A program made the position numbers and the translations under genes. 64,000 bases of DNA, from the NCBI GenBank assembly GCA_030149365.1, contig JASBRP010000018.1, forward strand, positions 83,350 to 147,349. Direction: 5' to 3'. Shown one piece after another: positions 18,759 to 28,340 of the stretch. A model generated the notes under the pieces. That model made no database searches and was not told where the DNA came from. It saw only the letters and a list, made by a program, of their open reading frames with translations. This stretch comes from Solimonas sp. (GTDB lineage Bacteria; Pseudomonadota; Gammaproteobacteria; Nevskiales; Nevskiaceae). Every line of letters starts with the position of its first letter. Position 1 is the stretch's first letter.

Positions 18759-20771
18759 TCATGGCCCGGGCTCCCGTACCGGTGCCGGCACGAGCGGCGC
18801 GAGTATGCGGTCGGCGCCCAGCACGCTGAGGTGATTGTCGTCGAAGTACATCGCCGTCTGGTCGAGGATCGCCCTGCAGTGGTCATCCGGGCACAGCTGC
18901 GCTGCCGGATCCAGCAGGCTCACGCCCGGCCGCTCGCGCAAACCCTCGAACTTCTCCAGGATGAACCGGTTGCGGCGCAGGTAGTAGTCACGCGTGGTAC
19001 CGAACTGGTAGTCGCCGCCGAAGCGGCTGCGCCAGATGTTCTTTTCGATCGAGGTGCCCAACTCCGGCACCGGCAGAAGGATCACCACCTTCTTCCCGGA
19101 TGCGGTCAGGCGGTCGACGATCCTTTCCAGGCTGCCCCACAGCAGTTCGCGGAACTCCTCGGGAGACTTTCCGGGGGCCATGGATCGCGGCTGCGTGGGC
19201 AGGTCCGGGTAGGTGTTCAACTGCGAGCCGTACAGATGCGCGCTGTAGCGGAACACCAGCAGGACGTTCTTGATCTTGGCGTCATGTTCCAGCCGGCTGA
19301 GGGCCTTCTCCTGCCAGTCGTTGCAGCCGATGGCGGAGGTCGGGTAGAGCAATGCCGGCGGGCAGCCCGGCAGGCTGAGATGCACCACGCCCTCGCCGCG
19401 CGGTTCAAGCCGGCCGGCGAGCGCGTAGGCGGCCTCCACGGCGTGGCTGTCTCCGAACACGGCCCAGCTGGTGTCGTCCTTGAAGTAGACGCAGGCCTCG
19501 GATGGATCGCGGATCTCGCCCGAGACCTTGTGGCAGGAGTCTCGCTTCGGGCTGGGCTTGGCCGTCTCGAGCAAGGCAACCTGGGCGGGCTCCAGGCGTG
19601 CCTTGAATCCGCCGGTGAGATAGGCCGCGCAGCCCAGCAGGATCATGATCAGCGAGGACGCCAGGGAGAGCTTGAAGATGGCGGCCCGGGAGAACCGTCC
19701 CTTCTGCCTGAACGGGTTCTCCACGAAGCGCCAGCTCAGCCAGGCCAGTGCAAGCGACAGGAGCGACAGGAAGATCATCGTCCCGGTGGAAAGCCGGCCA
19801 TCGGCCCAGATGCGACTGAAGGCAAACAGCGGCTGGTGCCAGAGGTAGGCGCTATAGGAGACCAGCCCGATACCCACCACCCAGCGCAGCGACAGCAGCC
19901 GCCCGGCATAGTTGTGCTGGTCGGCGAAGCCGATCACCAGCGCCGCACCGATCACGGGCGCCAGGGACAGGGCGCTGGGGAAAGGCGTGTGCTCGTCGAA
20001 GCCGAGCATCGCGCCGATAATCAGCAGCAGGCCCGCCGCGGACAGCAGGTTGCGCAAGGCTGGCGACAGCTTCTGCAGTCTGCCTTCCATCGTCAGCAGG
20101 GCAACGAAGACACCGGCGAGCAGCTCCCAGGCCCTTGCCGGAGCGAAGTAGAAGGCAGCCATGGCATCGCGCGGATACCACCACGACCCGGCGACGAACG
20201 ACAGCAGGCCGAGCACCAGGAACACCAGCGTCATCCGCCGCATTCCCAGGCGATACAGCAGGCCCGCAAGGAGCGGGAAGACCAGGTAGAACTGCTCCTC
20301 GACGCCGAGGCTCCAGGTGTGCAGCAGCGGCTTCTCCTCGGCAGAGGAGTCGAAGTAACCGCTGGAGTACCAGAACAGCATGTTGGAGGCGAACAGCGAT
20401 GCTGCCGCCATGCTCTGGCCGAAGCCGTTGAGCTGGGAAGGCATCATCGTGAACCAGGCGAAGGGTATGCAGACCGCCATCACCAGCATCAGCGCGGGCA
20501 GGATGCGCCGCGCCCGCCGCTCGTAGAAGGTCACCAGCGAGAAACGGCCTTGCCGGTACTCGCCGAAGATGATCGAGGAGATCAGGTAGCCGCTGATGAC
20601 GAAGAAGATATCGACACCGACATAGCCGCCCTCGATCCATGAGAAGCCGGCATGGAACAGGATGACCGGCAGGACGGCAAGAGCCCGCAGGCCATCGACC
20701 TCGGGCCGGTAGCCGACGCCATGCGCCTCGTGCAGCGGCACTCCAGGGTTGGGAATCTTGCCGGCTGTCAT
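18759..20771 (-). CDS. Acyltransferase family 3 fused to a C-terminal SGNH-like domain (OafA/OatA-type O-acetyltransferase)
   Basis: RPEVDGLRALAVLPVILFHAG...VDIFFVISGYLIS, then about 10 TM segments, then a roughly 280-aa soluble C-terminus (AVFGDSHAVE...). Confidence 0.85.
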   Translation of the reverse strand: MTAGKIPNPGVPLHEAHGVGYRPEVDGLRALAVLPVILFHAGFSWIEGGYVGVDIFFVISGYLISSIIFGEYRQGRFSLVTFYERRARRILPALMLVMAVCIPFAWFTMMPSQLNGFGQSMAAASLFASNMLFWYSSGYFDSSAEEKPLLHTWSLGVEEQFYLVFPLLAGLLYRLGMRRMTLVFLVLGLLSFVAGSWWYPRDAMAAFYFAPARAWELLAGVFVALLTMEGRLQKLSPALRNLLSAAGLLLIIGAMLGFDEHTPFPSALSLAPVIGAALVIGFADQHNYAGRLLSLRWVVGIGLVSYSAYLWHQPLFAFSRIWADGRLSTGTMIFLSLLSLALAWLSWRFVENPFRQKGRFSRAAIFKLSLASSLIMILLGCAAYLTGGFKARLEPAQVALLETAKPSPKRDSCHKVSGEIRDPSEACVYFKDDTSWAVFGDSHAVEAAYALAGRLEPRGEGVVHLSLPGCPPALLYPTSAIGCNDWQEKALSRLEHDAKIKNVLLVFRYSAHLYGSQLNTYPDLPTQPRSMAPGKSPEEFRELLWGSLERIVDRLTASGKKVVILLPVPELGTSIEKNIWRSRFGGDYQFGTTRDYYLRRNRFILEKFEGLRERPGVSLLDPAAQLCPDDHCRAILDQTAMYFDDNHLSVLGADRILAPLVPAPVREPGP

Positions 20772-20810
20772 GCGCGCGGCCTGCTTGCGATGCTGTTCAC
20801 GTGGGGCCCC

Positions 20811-21407
20811 TCAGACGCGGTCGTCCTCGAGAGTCTTGACGACCTTCCCCGGATTACCGGCCACGATGCTCAGCGGCGGCACGCTGCGCGCGAGGACCGC
20901 GGCGGCGGCAACGATGCTCCCCCCGCCCACCGTGACGCCCTTCAGCACGTAGGAGTTCCGCCCCATCCACACGCAGGGCTCGATCACGACGGGAGCCGAA
21001 GCCACCCCGGGAGTGGTCCACAGCCAGGGGGCGGTCCCCATCGGACTCTTCGTCATCTGCTGGCGCGCGGACGGCGACGTGGGGTGATTGTTGTTGTCGA
21101 CGACGAAGATTCCCTCGGCCGCGAAGAAATCGTCGAGGATGGAGATCGATTCAAGGCAGCCGATGTAGGTGCCCTCGTGAAAATGGCAGTTGTTGCCGAT
21201 ACGCACGATACCGTCGCCGCGCACGACGATGCGTCCGCTGAGATGGGAGTTGTCGCCGACCACCAACTGCAGATCGCGGTCGCCGTCGAGCTTTACCTGG
21301 AAATCGCGGTCCCAGCTGACATTGCGTCCAACCTGCATGCGTCCCGCGCGAATGGCGGTACGGACGCTCGAGCGTCGGAACAGCTTCTTCAGGATTCTGC
21401 GCATCAT
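20811..21407 (-). CDS. Hexapeptide-repeat acetyltransferase (LacA/WbbJ-like)
   Basis: ORF 20811..21518, start set at MMRRILKK. Left-handed beta-helix repeats are present (VGDNSHLSGRIVVRGDGIVRIGNNCHF...IEPCVWMGRNSYVLKGVTVGGGSIVAAAAVL). Confidence 0.8.
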   Translation of the reverse strand: MMRRILKKLFRRSSVRTAIRAGRMQVGRNVSWDRDFQVKLDGDRDLQLVVGDNSHLSGRIVVRGDGIVRIGNNCHFHEGTYIGCLESISILDDFFAAEGIFVVDNNNHPTSPSARQQMTKSPMGTAPWLWTTPGVASAPVVIEPCVWMGRNSYVLKGVTVGGGSIVAAAAVLARSVPPLSIVAGNPGKVVKTLEDDRV

Positions 21408-21423
21408 GGCTTGCCTGTGGCTC

Positions 21424-22314
21424 TCAGTAGTCGGAGCCGGCAGCGGCGTCGTGCCAGTACAGGAACGGCTGGGTTCGGACGCTGACATGCAGCGCGAAAC
21501 GCTGCGCGCCCTCTGCACCTCGAAGCCGGCGGTGATAGCCGAAGGTATTGGCGATCACCAGCGTGTTTGCCGGAACGGCGAAGGAGATCTCCCGCAGCTT
21601 GCGCTGCTCCACCTCGGCGGCCTCGATGCGGCGGGACGCCGGCAGCTTGCTGCGATGGATGCCAGCGTAGTAGCGGTGATTGGCTCCGAGCAGCGGACCG
21701 TCGATGCGGTGCGAACCGGGCACGAAGGCCAAGGGGCCCTCCCGCTCGCCGACGTCCGAGAGGTACAGCCAGGCCTTGTGCGTGTTGTGGAAGGTATCGC
21801 TGTGCAGGCTGTTCTCGGGATCAGGCACGGACAGCGGCCCATGGGTGACCTCTTCGATCGCGCGATGGCAGCGCGATGCAAGCACCGGGCGCTTCTCGAT
21901 CGCCGACAACAGGGCGGCAATGCGCGAATCCGCGGTAACACGCGAGGCAGTCGGCAAGGCCGTGGTCATCGCCCCCTTGAGCAGGATGCGCCGCACCCGC
22001 GTCTGGCCGTGGAAGAGATCGGCCTTGGGCGTGTCCGGCGACCGCAGTGCGGCGAGGCTTTCATCGCGCAGGGCGGCGAACTCGGCCGGCGGCAGGAAGT
22101 CGGGGATGGCAACGTAGCCCTCTCGCTGCAGCTTGCCCAGGTACTCGTCCAGTTCCGTGTCCACCGGCTTGCCGCGACGGAGCCGATAGATCGCCTGTGC
22201 CGCCACGATCCGGGCAACCTGTGCCCCCATGGCGTTCAGCAGCGGATTCTTGATGAACTTGTCGGCGGTGAAGAACCGCGCGATCGCCAGGTTCGAGATT
22301 GCCCCAGTGCTCAT
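21424..22314 (-). CDS. Phytanoyl-CoA dioxygenase (PhyH) family Fe(II)/2-oxoglutarate oxygenase
   Basis: ORF 21424..22392, ATG at 22314 (MSTGAISN). HxD facial-triad motif is in NSLHSDTFHN, with a distal His in NTFGYHRR. Confidence 0.7.
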   Translation of the reverse strand: MSTGAISNLAIARFFTADKFIKNPLLNAMGAQVARIVAAQAIYRLRRGKPVDTELDEYLGKLQREGYVAIPDFLPPAEFAALRDESLAALRSPDTPKADLFHGQTRVRRILLKGAMTTALPTASRVTADSRIAALLSAIEKRPVLASRCHRAIEEVTHGPLSVPDPENSLHSDTFHNTHKAWLYLSDVGEREGPLAFVPGSHRIDGPLLGANHRYYAGIHRSKLPASRRIEAAEVEQRKLREISFAVPANTLVIANTFGYHRRLRGAEGAQRFALHVSVRTQPFLYWHDAAAGSDY

Positions 22315-22315
22315 G

Positions 22316-23272
22316 TCAGACTCCTTCCGGGCGAACCGACAGCGTGCCGGCATACTTTTGAACGATGAATTCCTCGCAGGCATGCATGGCATCGGCCGTG
22401 GCCCCGCCGATATGCGGCGTGATCATCACGTTGGCACCCGCGCGCTGGGCCCGCAGCAGCGGGCTACGCTCGATGTCGTGCAGTTCCGTGGCCAGCACGT
22501 CCGTGGCGACACCGGCCAGGCGACCGCCCAGCACGGCATCCGCCAGCGCCTGCTCGTCGACCAGGCCACCGCGCGAGGTGTTGATCAGCCAGGCACCGTC
22601 CGCCAGCGCGGCGATCTCTTCCATGCCGATCATGCCGCAGGTCTGCTCGGTCAGGTGCACGTGCAGGCTGACGATCTCGGAAGCGCGCAAGAGCTCCGCG
22701 AGGCTGCCATGGCGCCGGTAGGCGGGCTGCTCGACGTGGGGGTCGTAGTAGGAGATGTCCATGCCCAGCGCGGCAGCGTAGTGCGCCACCATCGAGCCGG
22801 TGCGCCCCAGGCCCACCAGGCCCAGGCGCCTGCCCTTCATCTGGCGCCCGCGGAAGCGGTCGCGCTGCCATTCGCCTGCGGCCACCGACTGCACCGCCGA
22901 CGGCAGCTTGCGCAGCAGACCCAGCATCAGTGCCAGGGTGTGCTCCGCGGTGGAGGGAATGGTGCTGAGGAATTCGGTTTCGCCGCGCAGGGAAACCAGG
23001 TCGATGCGGCGCGCCGCCATGGCCGCCTGGTCGAGATGATCCAGGCCGGTCGTGGCGGAGATCACCGTGCGCAAGGCGGGTGCGCGTTCCAGGATGCCGC
23101 CATCGATGCGCCGGGCCAGGCGCACGATCAGCACCGTAGCGCGTGCCAGCAGGGCGTCATCCGCGGCGGTGTCCAGATCGCCCTCGTGGTATTCGCCGAG
23201 CGCTTCCCACATCTGCCGGGCGCGCGGGGAAAAACCCAGCGGCTCGGCGTTGAAGATGACCTCGCGGATCAC
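22316..23272 (-). CDS. D-isomer-specific 2-hydroxyacid dehydrogenase (NAD-binding; glyoxylate/hydroxypyruvate reductase or PGDH-like)
   Basis: GLVGLGRTGSMVA (GxGxxG), INTSRGGLVDEQAL (catalytic Arg), ITPHIGGAT (catalytic His). The GTG start overlaps the neuA stop (GTGA). Confidence 0.85.
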   Translation of the reverse strand: MIREVIFNAEPLGFSPRARQMWEALGEYHEGDLDTAADDALLARATVLIVRLARRIDGGILERAPALRTVISATTGLDHLDQAAMAARRIDLVSLRGETEFLSTIPSTAEHTLALMLGLLRKLPSAVQSVAAGEWQRDRFRGRQMKGRRLGLVGLGRTGSMVAHYAAALGMDISYYDPHVEQPAYRRHGSLAELLRASEIVSLHVHLTEQTCGMIGMEEIAALADGAWLINTSRGGLVDEQALADAVLGGRLAGVATDVLATELHDIERSPLLRAQRAGANVMITPHIGGATADAMHACEEFIVQKYAGTLSVRPEGV

Positions 23273-23970
23273 AGCCGGCCTTCCTGCCAGGCCGCGATCA
23301 GCGCCTCGGCCATGATCATGTCGCGCGGCTCGTCGATGTTGAGCAGGTAGCGATCGGGCATGACGTAGGCCGCGGTGGGTTTGGCCATTACGGCACCACC
23401 GGCGTCGAAGGCTTCGCGTCGCACCAGGTAGATCGAGCCGTTACGGTAATAGACCGGCGGAATGTCCTGGCGGCGCGCCTGCTCCCACTCCGGCATCAGC
23501 GGCTGCATCAGGTCGCCTTCGCCGAGGCGGTACATGCGTGCCGGGTGCACGTCGTGCATCTCGCAGACGCTGATCACGGCATTCACGCCGTCCACCAGCT
23601 TCTGTGTCGCCTCGCGCAGGTGCTGCGGCTCACGCATCGGCGCGGTGGGCTGCAGCAGCATGATGGCGTCGTAGCGCGCCCTGCCCTCGCCCTCCAGCTC
23701 GTCCAGCACCTGGCGGATGACGGCATTGACCGGGCTGGTGTCCTGCGCCAGGTCTGCCGGACGGCGGCGCGCGGACACGCCGGCATGCTGCCGCGCGACA
23801 TCCAGGATCGCCTCGTCATCGGAGCTGACCACGACGTCGGCCAGCACGCCGCTGGCCACCGCGGCATCCAGGGTGTAGGACAGCAGGGGCTTTCCGTAAA
23901 CCTTGCGGATGTTCTTGCCGGGCACACCCTTGGAACCGCCGCGGGCGGGTATCAGGCCGAGGACGCGCAC
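23269..23970 (-). CDS. neuA: Acylneuraminate cytidylyltransferase (CMP-sialic acid synthetase)
   Basis: (GTG)RVLGLIPARGGSKGVPGKNIRKVYGKPLLSYT...LLQPTAPMR. Confidence 0.9.
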   Translation of the reverse strand: MRVLGLIPARGGSKGVPGKNIRKVYGKPLLSYTLDAAVASGVLADVVVSSDDEAILDVARQHAGVSARRRPADLAQDTSPVNAVIRQVLDELEGEGRARYDAIMLLQPTAPMREPQHLREATQKLVDGVNAVISVCEMHDVHPARMYRLGEGDLMQPLMPEWEQARRQDIPPVYYRNGSIYLVRREAFDAGGAVMAKPTAAYVMPDRYLLNIDEPRDMIMAEALIAAWQEGRL

Positions 23971-24048
23971 TTCAACGCCCCTCTCCGCCGCGGGAGCGGC
24001 AGGGCTGGCGTTGCTGGATACCCTCGCGTTGCCCTGGCATGGCGGCGC

Positions 24049-25209
24049 TCAGAAGGAAATCGTCTTGTGAAAACGCAGCGGCACGGTCGCCAGCAGGTCA
24101 GCGATCCGCTTGCCGGCATCGCCACCGCCATACACCGTGTCGCGCGGCGGCCGCGGCGACTCCAGCCAGCGGCGGATCGCCGACTCCAGCTGGGCTTCGT
24201 CGTAGGCCACGTCGATGACGTTGGGACCGCGGTCGCGGCGTTCCTGGCGGCTGCCGAGGTTCACCACCGGCACGCCGAGGAAGGAGCACTCGCGGATGCC
24301 GACGCTGGAATTTCCGATCAGGCAGCGCGCGCCGAGCAGCAGGCGCAGGAAGTCGTCCGGATCCATGTTCTTGAAGAAATGGATGTGCGCCGGGTTGTGC
24401 TTTTCGCGGTAGCCGCGGATCGCGCTGGAAGTCTCGTCACCGCCGGCATCCACATTGGGCCAGAACCAGAGCGTCGGCAGTCCCATGCGGTCGACCGTGC
24501 GCAGCGTGATCAGAATCTGTTCGCGGGCCTGCCCATGCTCGGTGGTGACCGGGTGTTGCAACACCACGAGGTAGCCCTTGGACAGATCCGGACGCGCGCC
24601 GACACCGCCGTACCGCTCGTAGGGATCGAAGCCGGGCTCGTTGACGATCTGGTCGGCAATCTCGCGCGCAAGGTCGATCGAGGGGCAACCCGTGTTGAAG
24701 ACGCTTTCCGGCTCCTCGCCCAGGCGCACGACGCGCTCGCGCGCCGACTCGGAGGCCACGAAATGGTAGTCGGCGAGCTTGGTGACGGCGTGGCGTACCT
24801 TCTCGTCGATATTGCCGGTCACTTCACCGCCCTGTACATGGGCCAGCGGGATGTTCATGTAAGCTGCGGCGATCGCCGTGGCCATCGTCTCGAAGCGGTC
24901 AGCGACGGTGACGACGATGTCCGGCTTGAGGTTGAGCAACACCGTGGTCAGTTCGAGCAACCCCAGGCCGGTCGTCTTGGGGGCGGCGACCAGGTCGTCG
25001 CCCTCGATGACGTTGAACACCTTGGCAGCCGGCACGAAGCCTTCGCGCTGCATCACCTCGATGGCGGCACCATAGCGGTCCAGTAGTGCCGAAGCCGCCA
25101 CCACCAGCTGCAGCTCCAGCTGGGGATGGTCCTGGATCGCGGCCAGCGCGGTCTTGATGCGGCTGTAGCTGGGACGCGCGGTGACCACCACGCAGATCTT
25201 GCGTTTCAT
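24049..25209 (-). CDS. neuC: UDP-N-acetylglucosamine 2-epimerase (hydrolysing)
   Basis: ORF 24049..25260, start at MKRKICVVVTARPSYSRIK. Also HVQGGEVTGNIDE. ATGA overlap with the neuB stop. Confidence 0.85.
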   Translation of the reverse strand: MKRKICVVVTARPSYSRIKTALAAIQDHPQLELQLVVAASALLDRYGAAIEVMQREGFVPAAKVFNVIEGDDLVAAPKTTGLGLLELTTVLLNLKPDIVVTVADRFETMATAIAAAYMNIPLAHVQGGEVTGNIDEKVRHAVTKLADYHFVASESARERVVRLGEEPESVFNTGCPSIDLAREIADQIVNEPGFDPYERYGGVGARPDLSKGYLVVLQHPVTTEHGQAREQILITLRTVDRMGLPTLWFWPNVDAGGDETSSAIRGYREKHNPAHIHFFKNMDPDDFLRLLLGARCLIGNSSVGIRECSFLGVPVVNLGSRQERRDRGPNVIDVAYDEAQLESAIRRWLESPRPPRDTVYGGGDAGKRIADLLATVPLRFHKTISF

Positions 25210-26231
25210 GACCGCTGCTCCGTACTGCTTTCCAGGTCGGCGTCGTTGAGGAAATCCCATTGTGCCAGCGGCCGCGCAAGCCGGCGGCCGAGGACTTCGC
25301 CGTAGCGCGCGGCGGGGATACCGCGGTCACCGGGCTTCTTCCCTTCCAGGTCGCCGAGCGCCAGCACGTGGCCGGCAGGCAGCTCGCGATTCACGGCCAG
25401 CGACTTGCCGAACATCACGCGCAGCTCCGGATTCACCGCCAGCTTGGTCTTGTCGATCGGGTTGTCCAGCGAGCTGCGGATCGCCCGCGCGCCCTCGACC
25501 AGGCGGCCGATCTCACCGATGTCGAGCGAGGACGAGGCGTCCGGCCCGAACATGCGTCGGTCGAACACCGCGTGGAACTCCAGCAGCTCGGCGCCCAGCG
25601 CCACCGCGGCGATGCCGGGCGCGATGCTGCCGCTATGGTCCGACAGGCCGGTCGGCAGGCCATAGCGCTGGCGCAGTTCCCCGATCACGTTCAGGCCGAG
25701 CTGCTCCGGACGCGTCGGATAGCTGGTGGTGCACTGCAGGATCGACAGCGGGCTGCCGAAACCCTTGAGGAAGGCGACGGTCTGGTCCAGCTCGTCGAAG
25801 GTCGACATGCCGGAGGACAGGATCACCGGCTTGCCGGTGCGGGCGATGCGCTCGAGCATCAGCAGGTTGCCGACCTCGCCCGAGCCGATCTTGTAGCGGC
25901 GCACGCCGAGGCGCTCCAGCAGCTCGACGGCGGCGTTGGAGAAGGGCGAGGCCAGGAACTCCAGCCCGCGCTCCTCGCAGTGCTGCTTGAGGCCCTGCCA
26001 CTGCTCCTCGGTGAATTCCATGCGCTTCCAGTAGTCGTAGCGCGTGGCATCCTCGCGGCTGAACTTGACCCGGAACGGCTCGTAGGCGCTGCTCTCGGCC
26101 TCGGCGATGTGCACCTGGTACTTGACGACGTTGACGCCGGTCGAGGCCAGCGCGTCGATGTAGGCATGGGCCATGCCCAGGCTGCCGTCGTGGGCCTGCG
26201 CGATCTCGGCGATGAAATCCAGGGACCCCAT
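25206..26231 (-). CDS. neuB: N-acetylneuraminate synthase
   Basis: FIAEIAQAHDGSLGMAHAYIDA...KYQVH...SGMSTFDELD...LQCTSYPT plus a C-terminal SAF/antifreeze-like domain. The start shares one base with the fcl stop. Confidence 0.9.
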   Translation of the reverse strand: MGSLDFIAEIAQAHDGSLGMAHAYIDALASTGVNVVKYQVHIAEAESSAYEPFRVKFSREDATRYDYWKRMEFTEEQWQGLKQHCEERGLEFLASPFSNAAVELLERLGVRRYKIGSGEVGNLLMLERIARTGKPVILSSGMSTFDELDQTVAFLKGFGSPLSILQCTTSYPTRPEQLGLNVIGELRQRYGLPTGLSDHSGSIAPGIAAVALGAELLEFHAVFDRRMFGPDASSSLDIGEIGRLVEGARAIRSSLDNPIDKTKLAVNPELRVMFGKSLAVNRELPAGHVLALGDLEGKKPGDRGIPAARYGEVLGRRLARPLAQWDFLNDADLESSTEQRS

Positions 26232-27199
26232 CAGGCGGCTCTCAGCTCGCCGGCGGCCATGCGCGACAGCATGTCCTCGTAGGCCAGGCGGATGCCTTCG
26301 CGCATGGTCACGCGCGGGGTCCAGCCCAGCGCACGCAGGCGACCGCTATCCATCAGCTTGCGCGGTGTGCCGTCGGGCTTGCTGTGGTCCCAGACCGTCT
26401 CGCCGCGATAACCGACGACGTCTTTCACCAGCTCGACCAGTTCGGCAATGGAAAGATCCTCGCCGTAGCCGACATTGAGCAGCGGCGGCTGGCGATCATT
26501 GAACAGTTCCTCGCCGAAACCGGCGGCGCGCTCCAGCAGGAACAGGCAGGCCTCGGCCATGTCGTCCGAGTACAGGAACTCACGCAGCGGCCTGCCTGTG
26601 CCCCAGGCACCGATCGAGGGCGCTCCGGCCAGCTTGGCATCGTGGCACTTGCGGATCAGCGCCGGCAGCACATGCGACTTGCCCAGGTCGTAGTTGTCGC
26701 CCGGGCCGTAGAGGTTGGTCGGCATCGCCGCGACGTAGCGCGTGCCGTACTGGCGGTTGTAGGACCAGCACTGCTCGATGCCGGAGATCTTGGCCAGCGC
26801 GTAAGGCCGGTTGGTGGGCTCCAGCGGCCCGGTCAGCAGGTGCTCCTCGCGGATCGGCTGAGGACAGTCACGCGGGTAGATGCAGGAAGACCCGAGGAAC
26901 AGCAGGTTCTGCACGCCGGCACGCCAGGCCTCGTGGATCACGTTGGTCTGGATCGCGAGGTTGTCGCGGATGAACTCCGCCGGATAGCTGTTGTTGGCGA
27001 GGATGCCGCCGACCTTGGCGGCAGCCAGCAGCACCGCTTCCGGCCGCTCGACGGCGAAGAATTCGCGCACCGCTGCGGCGTCGCAGAGATCGAGTTCGGC
27101 ATGGCTCCGCAGCAGCAGGTTCTCGTAGCCGCGCGCGCGCAGGGCGCGCACCAGCGCCGAGCCCACCAGCCCGCGATGCCCTGCCACGAAGATGCGCAT
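26231..27199 (-). CDS. fcl: GDP-L-fucose synthase (GDP-4-keto-6-deoxymannose 3,5-epimerase/4-reductase)
   Basis: MRIFVAGHRGLVGSALVRAL...SSCIYP...YALAKI. Alternative upstream ATGs lie at 27211 and 27217. Confidence 0.9.
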   Translation of the reverse strand: MRIFVAGHRGLVGSALVRALRARGYENLLLRSHAELDLCDAAAVREFFAVERPEAVLLAAAKVGGILANNSYPAEFIRDNLAIQTNVIHEAWRAGVQNLLFLGSSCIYPRDCPQPIREEHLLTGPLEPTNRPYALAKISGIEQCWSYNRQYGTRYVAAMPTNLYGPGDNYDLGKSHVLPALIRKCHDAKLAGAPSIGAWGTGRPLREFLYSDDMAEACLFLLERAAGFGEELFNDRQPPLLNVGYGEDLSIAELVELVKDVVGYRGETVWDHSKPDGTPRKLMDSGRLRALGWTPRVTMREGIRLAYEDMLSRMAAGELRAA

Positions 27200-27213
27200 G
27201 TCCCGACGCATGA

Positions 27214-28323
27214 TCATTCGTGGTAGTCGTAAGCCTTGAAGCCGCTCTTCTTGACCAGTTCGTCGCGGCGCGCCAGTTCCAGGTCGCTGCGCGTCATCTC
27301 GGTCACGAGTTCGGCGAAGGTCGTGCGCGGCGTCCAGCCGAGCTTCTCGCGGGCGCGGGTCGCGTCGCCCAGCAGGGTCTCGACCTCGGTAGGACGGAAA
27401 TAGCGCGGATCGACGCGCACGATGGTCTGGCCGGCCTTCACCGCGAACTCAGGGTTGGCCTTGGCCACGATGCCGATCTCGTCGACGCCCTCGCCCTTCC
27501 ACTCGAGCTGGATGCCCAGCTCGCCGAAGGCGGCATCGACGAACTCGCGCACGCTGTACTGCACGCCGGTGGCGATGACGAAATCCTCGGGCTGCTGCTG
27601 CTGCAGCATCAGCCACTGCATCTCGACGTAGTCGCGCGCATGTCCCCAGTCACGCTTGGCATTCATGTTGCCGAGGTACAGGCAGTCCTGCAGGCCCAGG
27701 CCGATGCGCGCGACCGCGCGGGTGATCTTGCGCGTGACGAAGGTTTCGCCGCGCAGCGGCGACTCGTGGTTGAACAGGATGCCGTTGCAGGCGTAGATGC
27801 CGTAGGCCTCGCGGTAGTTGACCGTGATCCAGTAGGCATAGAGCTTGGCCACCGCGTAGGGGCTACGCGGGTAGAACGGCGTGGTCTCGCGCTGCGGGAT
27901 TTCCTGCACCAGGCCGTACAGTTCCGAGGTGGAGGCCTGGTAGAAGCGGGTCTTGTTCGAAAGGCCGAGGATGCGGATCGCCTCGAGCAGGCGCAGCGCG
28001 CCCATGGCGTCCGAGTTGGCCGTGTATTCCGGCTCCTCGAACGACACCTGCACATGCGACTGCGCACCCAGGTTGTACAGCTCGTCCGGCTGCACCTGCT
28101 GCAGCACACGGATCAGGCTGGTGGAATCGGTCAGGTCGCCGTAGTGCAGGACGAACTTGCGGTCCCGGGTGTGCGGGTCTTGGTAGAGGTGGTCGATGCG
28201 ATCGGTGTTCAGCAGCGAGCTGCGCCGCTTGATGCCATGGACCTCGTAGCCCTTCTTGAGCAGGAATTCCGCGAGGTAGGCGCCGTCCTGGCCGGTGACG
28301 CCGGTAATCAATGCTTTTTTCAT
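27214..28323 (-). CDS. gmd: GDP-mannose 4,6-dehydratase
   Basis: [36 protein letters not shown]...STSELYG...[12 protein letters not shown]. Confidence 0.95.
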   Translation of the reverse strand: MKKALITGVTGQDGAYLAEFLLKKGYEVHGIKRRSSLLNTDRIDHLYQDPHTRDRKFVLHYGDLTDSTSLIRVLQQVQPDELYNLGAQSHVQVSFEEPEYTANSDAMGALRLLEAIRILGLSNKTRFYQASTSELYGLVQEIPQRETTPFYPRSPYAVAKLYAYWITVNYREAYGIYACNGILFNHESPLRGETFVTRKITRAVARIGLGLQDCLYLGNMNAKRDWGHARDYVEMQWLMLQQQQPEDFVIATGVQYSVREFVDAAFGELGIQLEWKGEGVDEIGIVAKANPEFAVKAGQTIVRVDPRYFRPTEVETLLGDATRAREKLGWTPRTTFAELVTEMTRSDLELARRDELVKKSGFKAYDYHE

Positions 28324-28340
28324 GACCGCTGGCGTTCCGT

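Noticed and set aside
17811-20642. 943-aa plus-strand ORF. Similar long shadow ORFs occur at 33257-35347, 35573-37447, 43487-45358, 55302-57416, 13155-14360 and 14583-15836.
   Set aside because: These lie antisense to genes with clear family signatures. Their translations are Arg/Gly/Ala/His/Gln-rich low-complexity strings, typical of stop-poor antisense frames in high-GC DNA.
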